DNA of 64,000 bases from Candidatus Spongiihabitans thiooxidans (GTDB lineage: Bacteria; Pseudomonadota; Gammaproteobacteria; Arenicellales; Poriferihabitantaceae), in NCBI GenBank assembly GCA_001543005.1, contig LFLB01000003.1, forward strand, positions 78,062-142,061, in the 5' to 3' direction. Numbering within the stretch: position 1 is the first letter of the stretch; each line of letters starts with the position of its first letter. Below, one piece after another: positions 9,037 to 18,007 of the stretch. The translations under genes and the position numbers were made by a program. The notes below the pieces were generated by a model. That model did no database searches, had not been told where the DNA came from, and saw only the letters and a list, made by a program, of their open reading frames with translations.

Positions 9037-10854
9037 TTAATCAATTGATGTTGCGACTATTGTTATTTTTCTTTCTAGAAATCTCTTAGCTATTCTGCCC
9101 CAATCAGCCCTTGCCTCTTGCGCTTGATTTTTGAGATATCCGTCCGGTTGCTCATCTTCATATCTGGCCCATGCCATAATCACTAACTTCAAAGCATCTA
9201 GTATGTCATTTTTATCACTTAATTCTAGCTCCTGCTCTTGGCCTAAATTAGAGTCATCGCCTTCTAACAGTTTAATCAATTTGTCGTAAAAGGGGTGATT
9301 GATATTTAATATTATTAATAGTTTACCACCTTTAGGTCTGACACTAAAAAAAGCATCCCCATCAATATCACCGGAGTTGATTGTGTACTTGTAATTATCA
9401 TTTACTATGGTAGCAGCTAGTGTATCAGAATTGGATATATTCGCATCGCTCAAACTTCTTTCGATTTCTGTCCTTTTATCCTGATCACTCATGGACTCGC
9501 CTGCATCACTTCTCCCTACTGACCCACGTTCCTGTAACTCTTTTGTTGCCTCTGTAGCAATTACTTCTACTGTAGTAGATTGATGATGTCTAGTTCTTCT
9601 AGTGCCTTGTGTCTGCAATTTCAAAGCCTTCCTAATACTTCCTAGATTACTTTTTATACTATTTGCAATCTCAATTAAAATTGCTTCAGGGTCATGATTT
9701 TGTTTCAATTCATCCAAATATTCACTGAATGTTCGGCCTTCATACAACTCTTCACCAATGTCCATCAAGTCAGAAGTGAATTTTCTCGCTGATTGCTTAT
9801 TATTTGAAACACCAAAAACATCGTCGAGGCTTGGAGGAAACTCCACCTCAATGCCCCACCAACGCTCTATCGGATCATATTGTATTGTCCATCTAGTATC
9901 TAAGTCTAATTCTCGTTTAGCTCGCACAATGGAAACCCCTAAATTTTTTTGAGCGTGCTTACCATGTGGCTTACGACCAGCATCGCCCCCAAACATCTTT
10001 ACATCCCTTGCATCTTCTCTAGCATAAGTGAATCTAACTTTAACGTCATGGTCTTCACCGTTGTGGTTCACAGAAAATGTATTTTCATAATCATCGCCCC
10101 CCCATCTGTTGAACATCGCTGTACTTTTGAAAGGATCAGGGCATGAAGTTTGTTCCATTAGATAAATAGGATCATTGGTTTCGAAATTTTTTGGGTCTTC
10201 CAAAGCATGGCCTGATTCATCTTCGCCAATCATCTTAATCACAACCTTGCCATTCTGGATAAAATATCGGTACATTCGCCCAATCAAGTTTTCTGAATGC
10301 GTGAATATTGATTTTGCAGTCTGCCACTGGCATCTATCTATTTTTGACCATAAAACCATAGTTCCGCTTGTGCTCGTAACATGCTTTTTCCATTCATGAG
10401 GAATATCCCTTTCTTCGGGTTTAGGAACTTCTTTTAGAACTTTGCCTATAATTTTGTCTATATCAAGGTAACTGTACAGTGCCTTTCCTCCATTTTTCCA
10501 AGTGTAAACCTCTACTCTCTTACATTGCGAAATAGAAGAATTAGGCAAACCCATACCAAACTTACCTATACCTTTTTGCTTCTCTGGCACCAAATTAGTT
10601 CCGTTGCCGAATTGCAACGACATTCGTAAAACACGGCCATCCATTCCTACACCGTTGTCTATTACTGCAATACTATTAATCTGCTTTCTCCCCCCGACTT
10701 TTCCTTCAATACAAACAAGTTTGACTTCATCTGCATCAGCCTGTATTGAATTGTCTATCAGTTCTGCAATCGCATACGCGGCATTTTTATATCCGTTATC
10801 TCTCATTGCTTTTACAGCTAAATATGCTGGTACTATTTCATGTGCTTCATTCAT
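9037..10854 (-). CDS. GHKL/MORC-type ATPase (HATPase_c_3)
   Basis: AIAELIDNSIQA (N box), IDNGVGM (G1), GKFGMGL (G2), SGT (G3); C-terminal LNINHPF. Confidence 0.88.
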   Translation of the reverse strand: MNEAHEIVPAYLAVKAMRDNGYKNAAYAIAELIDNSIQADADEVKLVCIEGKVGGRKQINSIAVIDNGVGMDGRVLRMSLQFGNGTNLVPEKQKGIGKFGMGLPNSSISQCKRVEVYTWKNGGKALYSYLDIDKIIGKVLKEVPKPEERDIPHEWKKHVTSTSGTMVLWSKIDRCQWQTAKSIFTHSENLIGRMYRYFIQNGKVVIKMIGEDESGHALEDPKNFETNDPIYLMEQTSCPDPFKSTAMFNRWGGDDYENTFSVNHNGEDHDVKVRFTYAREDARDVKMFGGDAGRKPHGKHAQKNLGVSIVRAKRELDLDTRWTIQYDPIERWWGIEVEFPPSLDDVFGVSNNKQSARKFTSDLMDIGEELYEGRTFSEYLDELKQNHDPEAILIEIANSIKSNLGSIRKALKLQTQGTRRTRHHQSTTVEVIATEATKELQERGSVGRSDAGESMSDQDKRTEIERSLSDANISNSDTLAATIVNDNYKYTINSGDIDGDAFFSVRPKGGKLLIILNINHPFYDKLIKLLEGDDSNLGQEQELELSDKNDILDALKLVIMAWARYEDEQPDGYLKNQAQEARADWGRIAKRFLERKITIVATSID

Positions 10855-10857
10855 CGC

Positions 10858-12465
10858 TTAACTCCAAACATCGTTCCAATTATTGAAAGCTTCAGCCACG
10901 CTGCCAAAACCACTTAAATTTTTATCTACTACAGTAACAACTTTTGCATTTTTGTTACCTCCTGCTTTCACACCTCTAATTGCTCTCCCAACCATTTGAC
11001 TATACAGAACCAATGAGTTAGTCGGCCGCGCAATAACCGCTACGTTGGTTTTTGGTGCATCAAAGCCAGTTGTTAAAACGGCATAGTTACAAATAACCAT
11101 GCAATCATCGCCACTTGCTCTAAATTTCTCAATAATGGCAGTTCTATCTTGTAAAGAAGTCTTCGCTGTAACAGATTTTGCATTGATGCCCTTATACTGC
11201 AACATCGCAGATAATAAAACTGAATGTTTTGCCGCCGCCGCAAACACAATGATTCGATTTGCTTGCTTTGCTAGTTCTATTACTTTGTCAATAATCAACA
11301 TATTTCTTTGGGCATCGTCTGCTATTTGTTCAAGAATATTGGTAGGCAAATCAGTACTTTCACGAATTCTTTCTATGTCAGGTTGAGCTAAATCCATACC
11401 AAAATTATAGAACAACGGTTCAAATTCAACCTTTGCTAAATATCCCTCTGACACTAAAAAATCAACAGGATTGCTAAAATTAGGCACTTCTAGTGTATGT
11501 TTTTTATATTTAAAAAATTTTGCTAATTTCTCATCTGCGTCCATATCACTCCATGTTCTACCGGGTGTTGCTGTAAGCCCTAACAGGTGCGTTTTATCTT
11601 TGTATTCAGGTGCCAGCAAGTCTAGTACAACACTATAAGTAGGTGCAACTGCTTGATGTGCTTCATCAATTACAACAAGGGAACAATGCTTTGATAAATT
11701 TTGCATAAACTCTATGCTAGATTTTGCTTTACTTACCATTTTAGGTAATCCTGCAACGATGAAACTGTCCTCTACTTCATCAAGTTTTTCCACATCATAA
11801 ACACCCCAAAAACGATGCAGGCAAACCTCTCTATTTCCCAAAAATTGCCAAGATTTAACAAACTCTTCTGCCGCCTGCTCACACAATTCCTCACTATACG
11901 CTAACCAGATAACTGTTGAACTTAGATGATTGCGCAAATAATGGGCAATGATATTCATAGCAGTTCTAGTTTTCCCAGATCCAGTGGGCATATGGAGCAT
12001 TGCTCGACCTTCGCCACTCAAAAGCTTTAACACTTTTACCGAAGCTAATATTTGATGATCGAATAAAGGATAGTCAGGCTGAATATCTTCTGTACGAAAT
12101 TTTAATTCTCTAGATTCTTCAAAATCAGTTATTCCAAAATGATCGCAAAGAACTTTTTTATTTTTAGAAGTTAGTTTTATATTCTTAATCTGTTGCCAAA
12201 TATCCGAATCAGGCCGTGCTTGCAATCCTAAAGAACTGAGTAAAGTTGTAGCCTCTTTCTTTTTTAGCATATCAAATAATAGATTTCTTGTTTTTAGTGT
12301 TCTCAAAAGATGGAACTCAGAATACATATCAAGCAATACTTGTTGCAATTTTGTTGTGTTGAACCGAGTGGAATCTAGATTCGTTATTAGGTTAACGGTT
12401 GATCTACCTAACAACTCTTGCAAGGTGTCTATATCCGCCCTCGAAATTAAATCTTTCAAGTTCAT
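10858..12465 (-). CDS. SF2 DEAH helicase/translocase (ResIII-like)
   Basis: MPTGSGKT, IDEAH, LTATP, TTGFD and QMVGRAIR motifs. Confidence 0.92.
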   Translation of the reverse strand: MNLKDLISRADIDTLQELLGRSTVNLITNLDSTRFNTTKLQQVLLDMYSEFHLLRTLKTRNLLFDMLKKKEATTLLSSLGLQARPDSDIWQQIKNIKLTSKNKKVLCDHFGITDFEESRELKFRTEDIQPDYPLFDHQILASVKVLKLLSGEGRAMLHMPTGSGKTRTAMNIIAHYLRNHLSSTVIWLAYSEELCEQAAEEFVKSWQFLGNREVCLHRFWGVYDVEKLDEVEDSFIVAGLPKMVSKAKSSIEFMQNLSKHCSLVVIDEAHQAVAPTYSVVLDLLAPEYKDKTHLLGLTATPGRTWSDMDADEKLAKFFKYKKHTLEVPNFSNPVDFLVSEGYLAKVEFEPLFYNFGMDLAQPDIERIRESTDLPTNILEQIADDAQRNMLIIDKVIELAKQANRIIVFAAAAKHSVLLSAMLQYKGINAKSVTAKTSLQDRTAIIEKFRASGDDCMVICNYAVLTTGFDAPKTNVAVIARPTNSLVLYSQMVGRAIRGVKAGGNKNAKVVTVVDKNLSGFGSVAEAFNNWNDVWS

Positions 12466-12480
12466 GGTTGCAAATTATTG

Positions 12481-13347
12481 CTATAAACTACAAATCAAAC
12501 AAGCTTGATCTTCGGGATCATCATCTTCGGCCACACGAAGTATATCCTGCCAACGCTCTGGCAGAGTCTCCGTACTAGCGACAATCCCCCTCTCTTTCTC
12601 CCTCTTTTCAGCTTTAGCCACTAACTCATCCACTGTTCCTTGCGATGACCAAGTATAACCATGACCACCGACATCAACCTCTCCATCCTTCCAATCATAT
12701 TTCTTGCGAACTTGTTGCTCAAACGCCTTGGCTTTTTCAAATAATTCTGGGTGATTTCTTTTCAGGCCAAGCCATTCATCTTGACGCTGGAAGAAACAAA
12801 AATAGCAACCCGACCGCGAACGCCATTTATAATATTCGGGAATGCCTACGGAGTCCTCCAAAATATTGAATATATCATCACGCACCAAGCCGTCATAAAT
12901 AAAGGGAAATACCGCCTTAATGTTCGCTTTGTGGCTTATGTACCCCTCTCGGTTTTCATCGGCTCTTATGCCAATATAAGTGATTACCGGATCATCACCA
13001 ACAAATTCCTCAAAGGGCTTGATTTTCATCACTCGAGTACACCATCGCTGTTTAGCTGATGGCAGGTACTGATTTTGGATTTTCAACCAGTGTTCAAAAG
13101 GTTTTCCGCTACTGAGCTTCGTTATCTCCTTGCCTAAATATGCTTCCAGTTTATCAAGAAAATCATACACCTCCTTAAGCTCGGCACCGGTATCAGAGAA
13201 AAAGTATTCCACCCTCTTGTGTATATCGGGATAACGATCCTTGATATAAATTGCCAGGGCTGCACTGTCCTTGCCACCGGATAAACCTAGAACATGGCGA
13301 GATTGAGTATCGCCTTGAACGGTCTGCATAATTGTCTTTTTAGCCAT
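12481..13347 (-). CDS. sspD: PAPS-reductase-family PP-loop protein, SspD-like (DNA phosphorothioation)
   Basis: LSGGKDS, DTG, RWCT, GIRADE, RSGCYFCF and terminal CLIC; its start overlaps the stop of the SspC-like gene. Confidence 0.8.
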   Translation of the reverse strand: MAKKTIMQTVQGDTQSRHVLGLSGGKDSAALAIYIKDRYPDIHKRVEYFFSDTGAELKEVYDFLDKLEAYLGKEITKLSSGKPFEHWLKIQNQYLPSAKQRWCTRVMKIKPFEEFVGDDPVITYIGIRADENREGYISHKANIKAVFPFIYDGLVRDDIFNILEDSVGIPEYYKWRSRSGCYFCFFQRQDEWLGLKRNHPELFEKAKAFEQQVRKKYDWKDGEVDVGGHGYTWSSQGTVDELVAKAEKREKERGIVASTETLPERWQDILRVAEDDDPEDQACLICSL

Positions 13348-16300
13348 GTTTAACCTGCCTGATCTTTGCTGGTGTTGCATTTTTTCTCTTACTAGAAGAC
13401 GATGCAACTCTATCAGTTAAGAACTCATTTACTAACTCGGCTAGTACTGCTAGTTGCAACTCACTATTCTTATGCTCACACAACACTTGCTTTAGCTTTC
13501 CTTTTACATTCTGTATGGCGATATGGTGGGATTGTTCTATAACGACAACTTCATCAACTAATTTCCCTCCTTTTTTAAGCGATTTAAGAAAGATAACATC
13601 AAAATCGCCGTCACTCTTTATAGATCTTTTATCATGGTGTAATCGTAAAGTTTCCAAGTCCAGGATTCTCTCAGCGAAATAGCTAAGTTTCACATCGGCT
13701 TCGCCTCGGTCTGTATCGGTCCACTTTGCCGACGGCTTTTGCCCTAAAAACATCAAGATATTTTCCAGCCAATTATCATTGTCCCCAGTCGGTTTGGTCA
13801 AGCGTTTGATAAACGCTTTTAAGCCATCAACATCCACGGTGTACTGCTCTAATCCCTCATAACGACTGGATTTACGCCGTAAATCCGCAAGGGACCCATT
13901 TTTATCCATGTGAAATGCCTGCAACAACATCTTGATTTGCTGCTTAATCATATTGGGGTAAGCAGATTTTAGTTCTTGTAGGGACTCATTCAGGGCACTC
14001 GAAAAACCTTCTAAACCGGGTCGTTTCTTTTTCAATTCCTGCTCATAACCTAAGGCCTTAGGGATGCCCTCAAGCAGTAGATTCTCTGGAGATTTAGCAA
14101 GGCTGAATGCATCTCTGACTCGCTTTGCTCTATCGCTGATTTCAACACTTTTTGTTTTTTGCGTGTATAGCTCTAATCCACCTATCCATTTCGCTAAGGG
14201 ACGTGCTAGTTGAACGATAGTCAGTTGATTACCCGATGTAACAACTTTGGAATACTCTTGATATATTGATGCCCTCAATCCGGAAATTCTAAACCGCTGA
14301 AAGGTGAACTCGTCAGGCCGTTTCACAAAACGTTCTATCATTTCCTCGGTAAAGAATGGTCGGTAACGGTGTTCCTCATATAGGGCAAGTTCATGCTGAT
14401 AAACTATATACACGGCGACGTATATTATTGGCAAAATACCTGCCTTTACTCCGTAGGGTGGGCCCATCAGTTGCTGATTTAAATTGGCCAGGGATTTTGC
14501 TTCATCTTCCGTGCTATCCAGGAATGCATCAATTCGTTGCCAAACAGAAAATAAAGTCGAATTCTCTGGAGGTACAACAAACTGCATTGTGTCCGTATTG
14601 TGAACACCCGTTGCACGTAGAATTGAACGATAGATAGCCTTCTCAGGGGGGAATTTTTCTATCCCCAGGTCAACTTTATCTTGGTGATTGAGCATCGCCG
14701 AAAGGAGTTTGTTTCTAGCTGCGTTGGCCTGAGCTGATGGCCTATCCCTGTTAATTAATTCATTATGCAACTTTGGGGCTTTGCTATACGCTTTTTTCAA
14801 TATTAAAGATAAGTTTTTTTGAAAATCTCTTTTATGAATAACAGAAAGTCGCTTGCCGCAACTAAACCAAACATTTTCTTCCGGGTTTTCCAACAAGCTT
14901 TGGAGTATTGCACTTTCTGCTTGCTCCGCTGCAGTCAGACGGTCTTCAAATTCGCGTTTTGCAACCGGGTCACTATTAAGCTCCTGCTTTGTAATTTGCA
15001 CCTGCCGCAGTGCTATCACCTCGGCTGTTGCTTCGCGCAACTGGACACCATTCTGGCACAATCCAACCACGTCCAAATTGGAATAATTCTTCGAAACTTG
15101 CTCGTTAAATATTTTTTCGTCGTCCTGTGCTGCCGCCAAAAAGAAAATTATTCTAGGTGTATCCACTTGATCTGGTGTTTTCTTAAAAGTTTGTGCGTCA
15201 ACAAATTCAGGAACAAAGTAACGTAAAGCACCACTCTCGATTGTGTAGCGTCTAGCAACAACAGACATTAGAGCCTTCTGCTCATTGAGTGTTGTTGCCA
15301 ATGAGAACTCGCCGAGGTTATTCAGTTCTTCTTCAACGGCACTCCCTAAGTCGAAATCACTGCCCGGCCAAACACGATATTCCCCACTAAACCGACGATA
15401 TGTAATTGCTGATTTATCGATGAGTGCTTTGATGACACTAGACACATTGATGCCAGTTTGCACACAGGTTTCCAATATCGCTTTAGAAGGCTTCAAACCA
15501 CCTTTAATGCCGATGATATTTAGAATACCTATCGTTTTAAGCAAACATATTTGCTCTTCGGGAGCATCACCTAATCGCTCCAGTGATGTAACTACTTCAG
15601 CCCAACGTCGATGCGTTGCATGGTTGCCGAGAACCGCCGGCTGATTAGTAATAAAATAGTCGTATAGATGATGTGGATAAACCCACGACTCTATGGAATC
15701 AAGACACGATAGCATATCCTGTAAGCCACACTCCTCGTGGCTACCTAGATAACTAAACAATGTTCTCTCGTTTTGCGCTACTTTCTGGCAAAGCATCGGC
15801 AGCAATATCGCGCTCACCGGGTGCAACGGATAGCAATTGCACAGTAAATCTGTGGCAGATTTTTCATCCAAAACACTAGGCACTGCCTCTTGCTTTATCA
15901 GTATTTTAACGATCTCTGATGTTTGTTTTCTAAGTTTAGCTTTTTCTCTTGTTGAAAAATGATATTCAAAAACAGCGCCAACTACTCTGAGCACTTGCTC
16001 TACTGATTCCAGAAATGGGACTTCTTCAAATCTACCCTGAATTTTTGACCATTCATTTTTTAGGTTCTCGCCTAGTCCCTTCGCGTATTGCTCAAAGGAT
16101 TGATGCAACAGAACAAATAGAAAAAGTTTGCGGTCGCCCTCCGCACATGCTTTCTCTGCTAGTGCTTGCAGAAGGTAAATGTCATTAGCCCCATAATGAC
16201 GCGCTTCGTATTCCAAAAATTTACCTAACTCATCTATAACAAGAACAATGCCTTTACAGTCTGTTTTTTGTAGCGCAATCTGCAATTGATTCACTAGGTC

Positions 16301-16816
16301 AATAATAGCAGTAGTAGGCACGGTTCCACTGTTACATGCATCTGAAAGCAGGTTAACAATTTTGGGATTCTTACCTTTTAACGTCGACCAATACTGTTCC
16401 GAAGCCTGTAATAATCCCTGTAGAATACACTTCCCCATTGCTTGTGGGGAACCGGTAATCAATACTTTGAGATAACCTTTTGTGCCTTTTGTTTCTTTAG
16501 TGAAAACTCTATACAAATCCGGTGATACTGATTTGAGAACTTTATAAGCCGCTTTTGTGGCCGCTGTATCAGGAGACGACAGTAATTGCGACGAAAAATT
16601 TTGACTGGCAGATTTACCCACACCATAAGGTCCCACTATTGACCACGCTCTCGGTGCTTGTTTGTTAGTGAAGCCGTTACTAATCTGGTCAAATAATTTA
16701 AGTGCTCGGGTGGTGGGAATGTAGGCTCGAATAACCTCTGTAGAATCCGCATCTCTCTCCAGATTGACCGAGCGGGTATAATGCGTTTTTATCTGTACTT
16801 TTCCCAGCATACTCAT
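13340..16816 (-). CDS. sspC: Large P-loop ATPase, SspC-like
   Basis: RSVNLERD N-terminus, GPYGVGKS (Walker A), LVIDELGKFLE (Walker B), EWSKIQGRF, YPLHP, QNERTLFSYL, PPYGVK; lies between the DUF4007 and PAPS-reductase genes. Confidence 0.8.
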   Translation of the reverse strand: MSMLGKVQIKTHYTRSVNLERDADSTEVIRAYIPTTRALKLFDQISNGFTNKQAPRAWSIVGPYGVGKSASQNFSSQLLSSPDTAATKAAYKVLKSVSPDLYRVFTKETKGTKGYLKVLITGSPQAMGKCILQGLLQASEQYWSTLKGKNPKIVNLLSDACNSGTVPTTAIIDLVNQLQIALQKTDCKGIVLVIDELGKFLEYEARHYGANDIYLLQALAEKACAEGDRKLFLFVLLHQSFEQYAKGLGENLKNEWSKIQGRFEEVPFLESVEQVLRVVGAVFEYHFSTREKAKLRKQTSEIVKILIKQEAVPSVLDEKSATDLLCNCYPLHPVSAILLPMLCQKVAQNERTLFSYLGSHEECGLQDMLSCLDSIESWVYPHHLYDYFITNQPAVLGNHATHRRWAEVVTSLERLGDAPEEQICLLKTIGILNIIGIKGGLKPSKAILETCVQTGINVSSVIKALIDKSAITYRRFSGEYRVWPGSDFDLGSAVEEELNNLGEFSLATTLNEQKALMSVVARRYTIESGALRYFVPEFVDAQTFKKTPDQVDTPRIIFFLAAAQDDEKIFNEQVSKNYSNLDVVGLCQNGVQLREATAEVIALRQVQITKQELNSDPVAKREFEDRLTAAEQAESAILQSLLENPEENVWFSCGKRLSVIHKRDFQKNLSLILKKAYSKAPKLHNELINRDRPSAQANAARNKLLSAMLNHQDKVDLGIEKFPPEKAIYRSILRATGVHNTDTMQFVVPPENSTLFSVWQRIDAFLDSTEDEAKSLANLNQQLMGPPYGVKAGILPIIYVAVYIVYQHELALYEEHRYRPFFTEEMIERFVKRPDEFTFQRFRISGLRASIYQEYSKVVTSGNQLTIVQLARPLAKWIGGLELYTQKTKSVEISDRAKRVRDAFSLAKSPENLLLEGIPKALGYEQELKKKRPGLEGFSSALNESLQELKSAYPNMIKQQIKMLLQAFHMDKNGSLADLRRKSSRYEGLEQYTVDVDGLKAFIKRLTKPTGDNDNWLENILMFLGQKPSAKWTDTDRGEADVKLSYFAERILDLETLRLHHDKRSIKSDGDFDVIFLKSLKKGGKLVDEVVVIEQSHHIAIQNVKGKLKQVLCEHKNSELQLAVLAELVNEFLTDRVASSSSKRKNATPAKIRQVKHG

Positions 16817-17733
16817 GCCGCTTTTCTCTTTTTGATTGTTGCATAATGCTGCTTAATGAACGCTAAAGGCGCTAGTTTTTCTGATAAGTATAATTGATGC
16901 TGCCCCGCCGTATCTCTCATCTCAAAAACACCAGGAATATAATAGACCAAGCGTTCTAATTTTGTGACCAACCCGCTTTCCGTTAGACGAAATACCGAAC
17001 CGGGCGCAGGGAATTCATCGCGACTGTACATTAAATCTTCAATCGGTAACGCAACGATGCCTTTAGCTGCAAACATTTGACAGACTGCAAACCCAAGAAT
17101 GCCCAAAGGTAATTGTGGGCGTGCTTGAGGAAGGGATTGATAACTGCGGCCACCCGCCGATTGAGATACTAGTTTTAGCAATGCAAAAGGAGAATCAAGG
17201 GCATCCTCTAAAGGTGTGTGCGTATTGCCTTTTGACTGAGTGTACATTCTAGGGAGCAATAGCGCATCATTCTTTAAGGTACTAGGAGATGGCTTTTTCC
17301 TATCGTGTACCCGGTCATTCACATAATCGATCAAAGCGGTGGTCAGTTGCTGGCCGGTAAATTCTGGTTTGTGATAGCGATTAAAGAACCAAAACCATGA
17401 CGTAGCCAACTCGGGATTTGTCACTAATAACCAATGCAGTAGCCAGATGGTCGCTTCGTCTTCCAAATAGGGGTCAAACCCTCTCTTGCTCAAGAGATGC
17501 TTGCCCAAATCCGTTGGCTTGCCGGTGCCGGGGTCAATCATCTGGCAAGCCTTAAGCCAATATTTGATTGCCGCTACCATATTCTTGCCGACACCCAGCA
17601 CAACCGTAGCATCCTCGGATTTAAAGATTTTAGAGTTCTTTACAACCGCCTGAAACCCTTTAGAAAGCCAGCCATAGCGGAGCGCAAAAGTCTCATGCCG
17701 CCCGAAAGCCATACTTTCTGCATTAAACTTCAT
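16813..17733 (-). CDS. sspB: DUF4007 family protein, SspB-like
   Basis: FGRHETFALRYGWLSKG, LGVGKNMV, DPYLED and WLLHWLL are DUF4007 hallmarks. ATG at 17733 has a GAGGGAG RBS. Confidence 0.85.
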   Translation of the reverse strand: MKFNAESMAFGRHETFALRYGWLSKGFQAVVKNSKIFKSEDATVVLGVGKNMVAAIKYWLKACQMIDPGTGKPTDLGKHLLSKRGFDPYLEDEATIWLLHWLLVTNPELATSWFWFFNRYHKPEFTGQQLTTALIDYVNDRVHDRKKPSPSTLKNDALLLPRMYTQSKGNTHTPLEDALDSPFALLKLVSQSAGGRSYQSLPQARPQLPLGILGFAVCQMFAAKGIVALPIEDLMYSRDEFPAPGSVFRLTESGLVTKLERLVYYIPGVFEMRDTAGQHQLYLSEKLAPLAFIKQHYATIKKRKAA

Positions 17734-17830
17734 TAGCACTCCCTCTTGTACATTGTCGTCTAATGTAATCGGTGTCAATGATGATTCGTTTATTATCGTC
17801 TGTATCCATTTTCAGCACCTTCAGTACTAT

Positions 17831-17882
17831 ATTAACACCATAGACTATGATACACGATTAACACCATAGACTATGATACACG
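17831..17882. repeat. Perfect 2 x 26-bp tandem repeat upstream of the ssp-like operon
   Basis: attaacaccatagactatgatacacg at 17831-17856 and 17857-17882. Confidence 0.95.
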
Positions 17883-18007
17883 CCCCGATTCGGTAGGGCC
17901 TCCCAAAAAATAAACATCTACGAGAATCTGCGGATTTAATCAATGAGCAAAACGCGCCCTGATGAAAAAATTATATGTTCCCTCATACGAAGAAATCGCG
18001 ATGAAAA

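Noticed and set aside
12481-13347. Sulfate-assimilation CysH
   Set aside because: The defence-type operon context, the C-terminal CxxC and the absence of cys genes argue against it.
12481-17733. BREX type 4 or DndABCDE system
   Set aside because: No PglZ or BrxL, and no DndB/D/E. The order DUF4007-ATPase-PAPS reductase fits SspBCD better.
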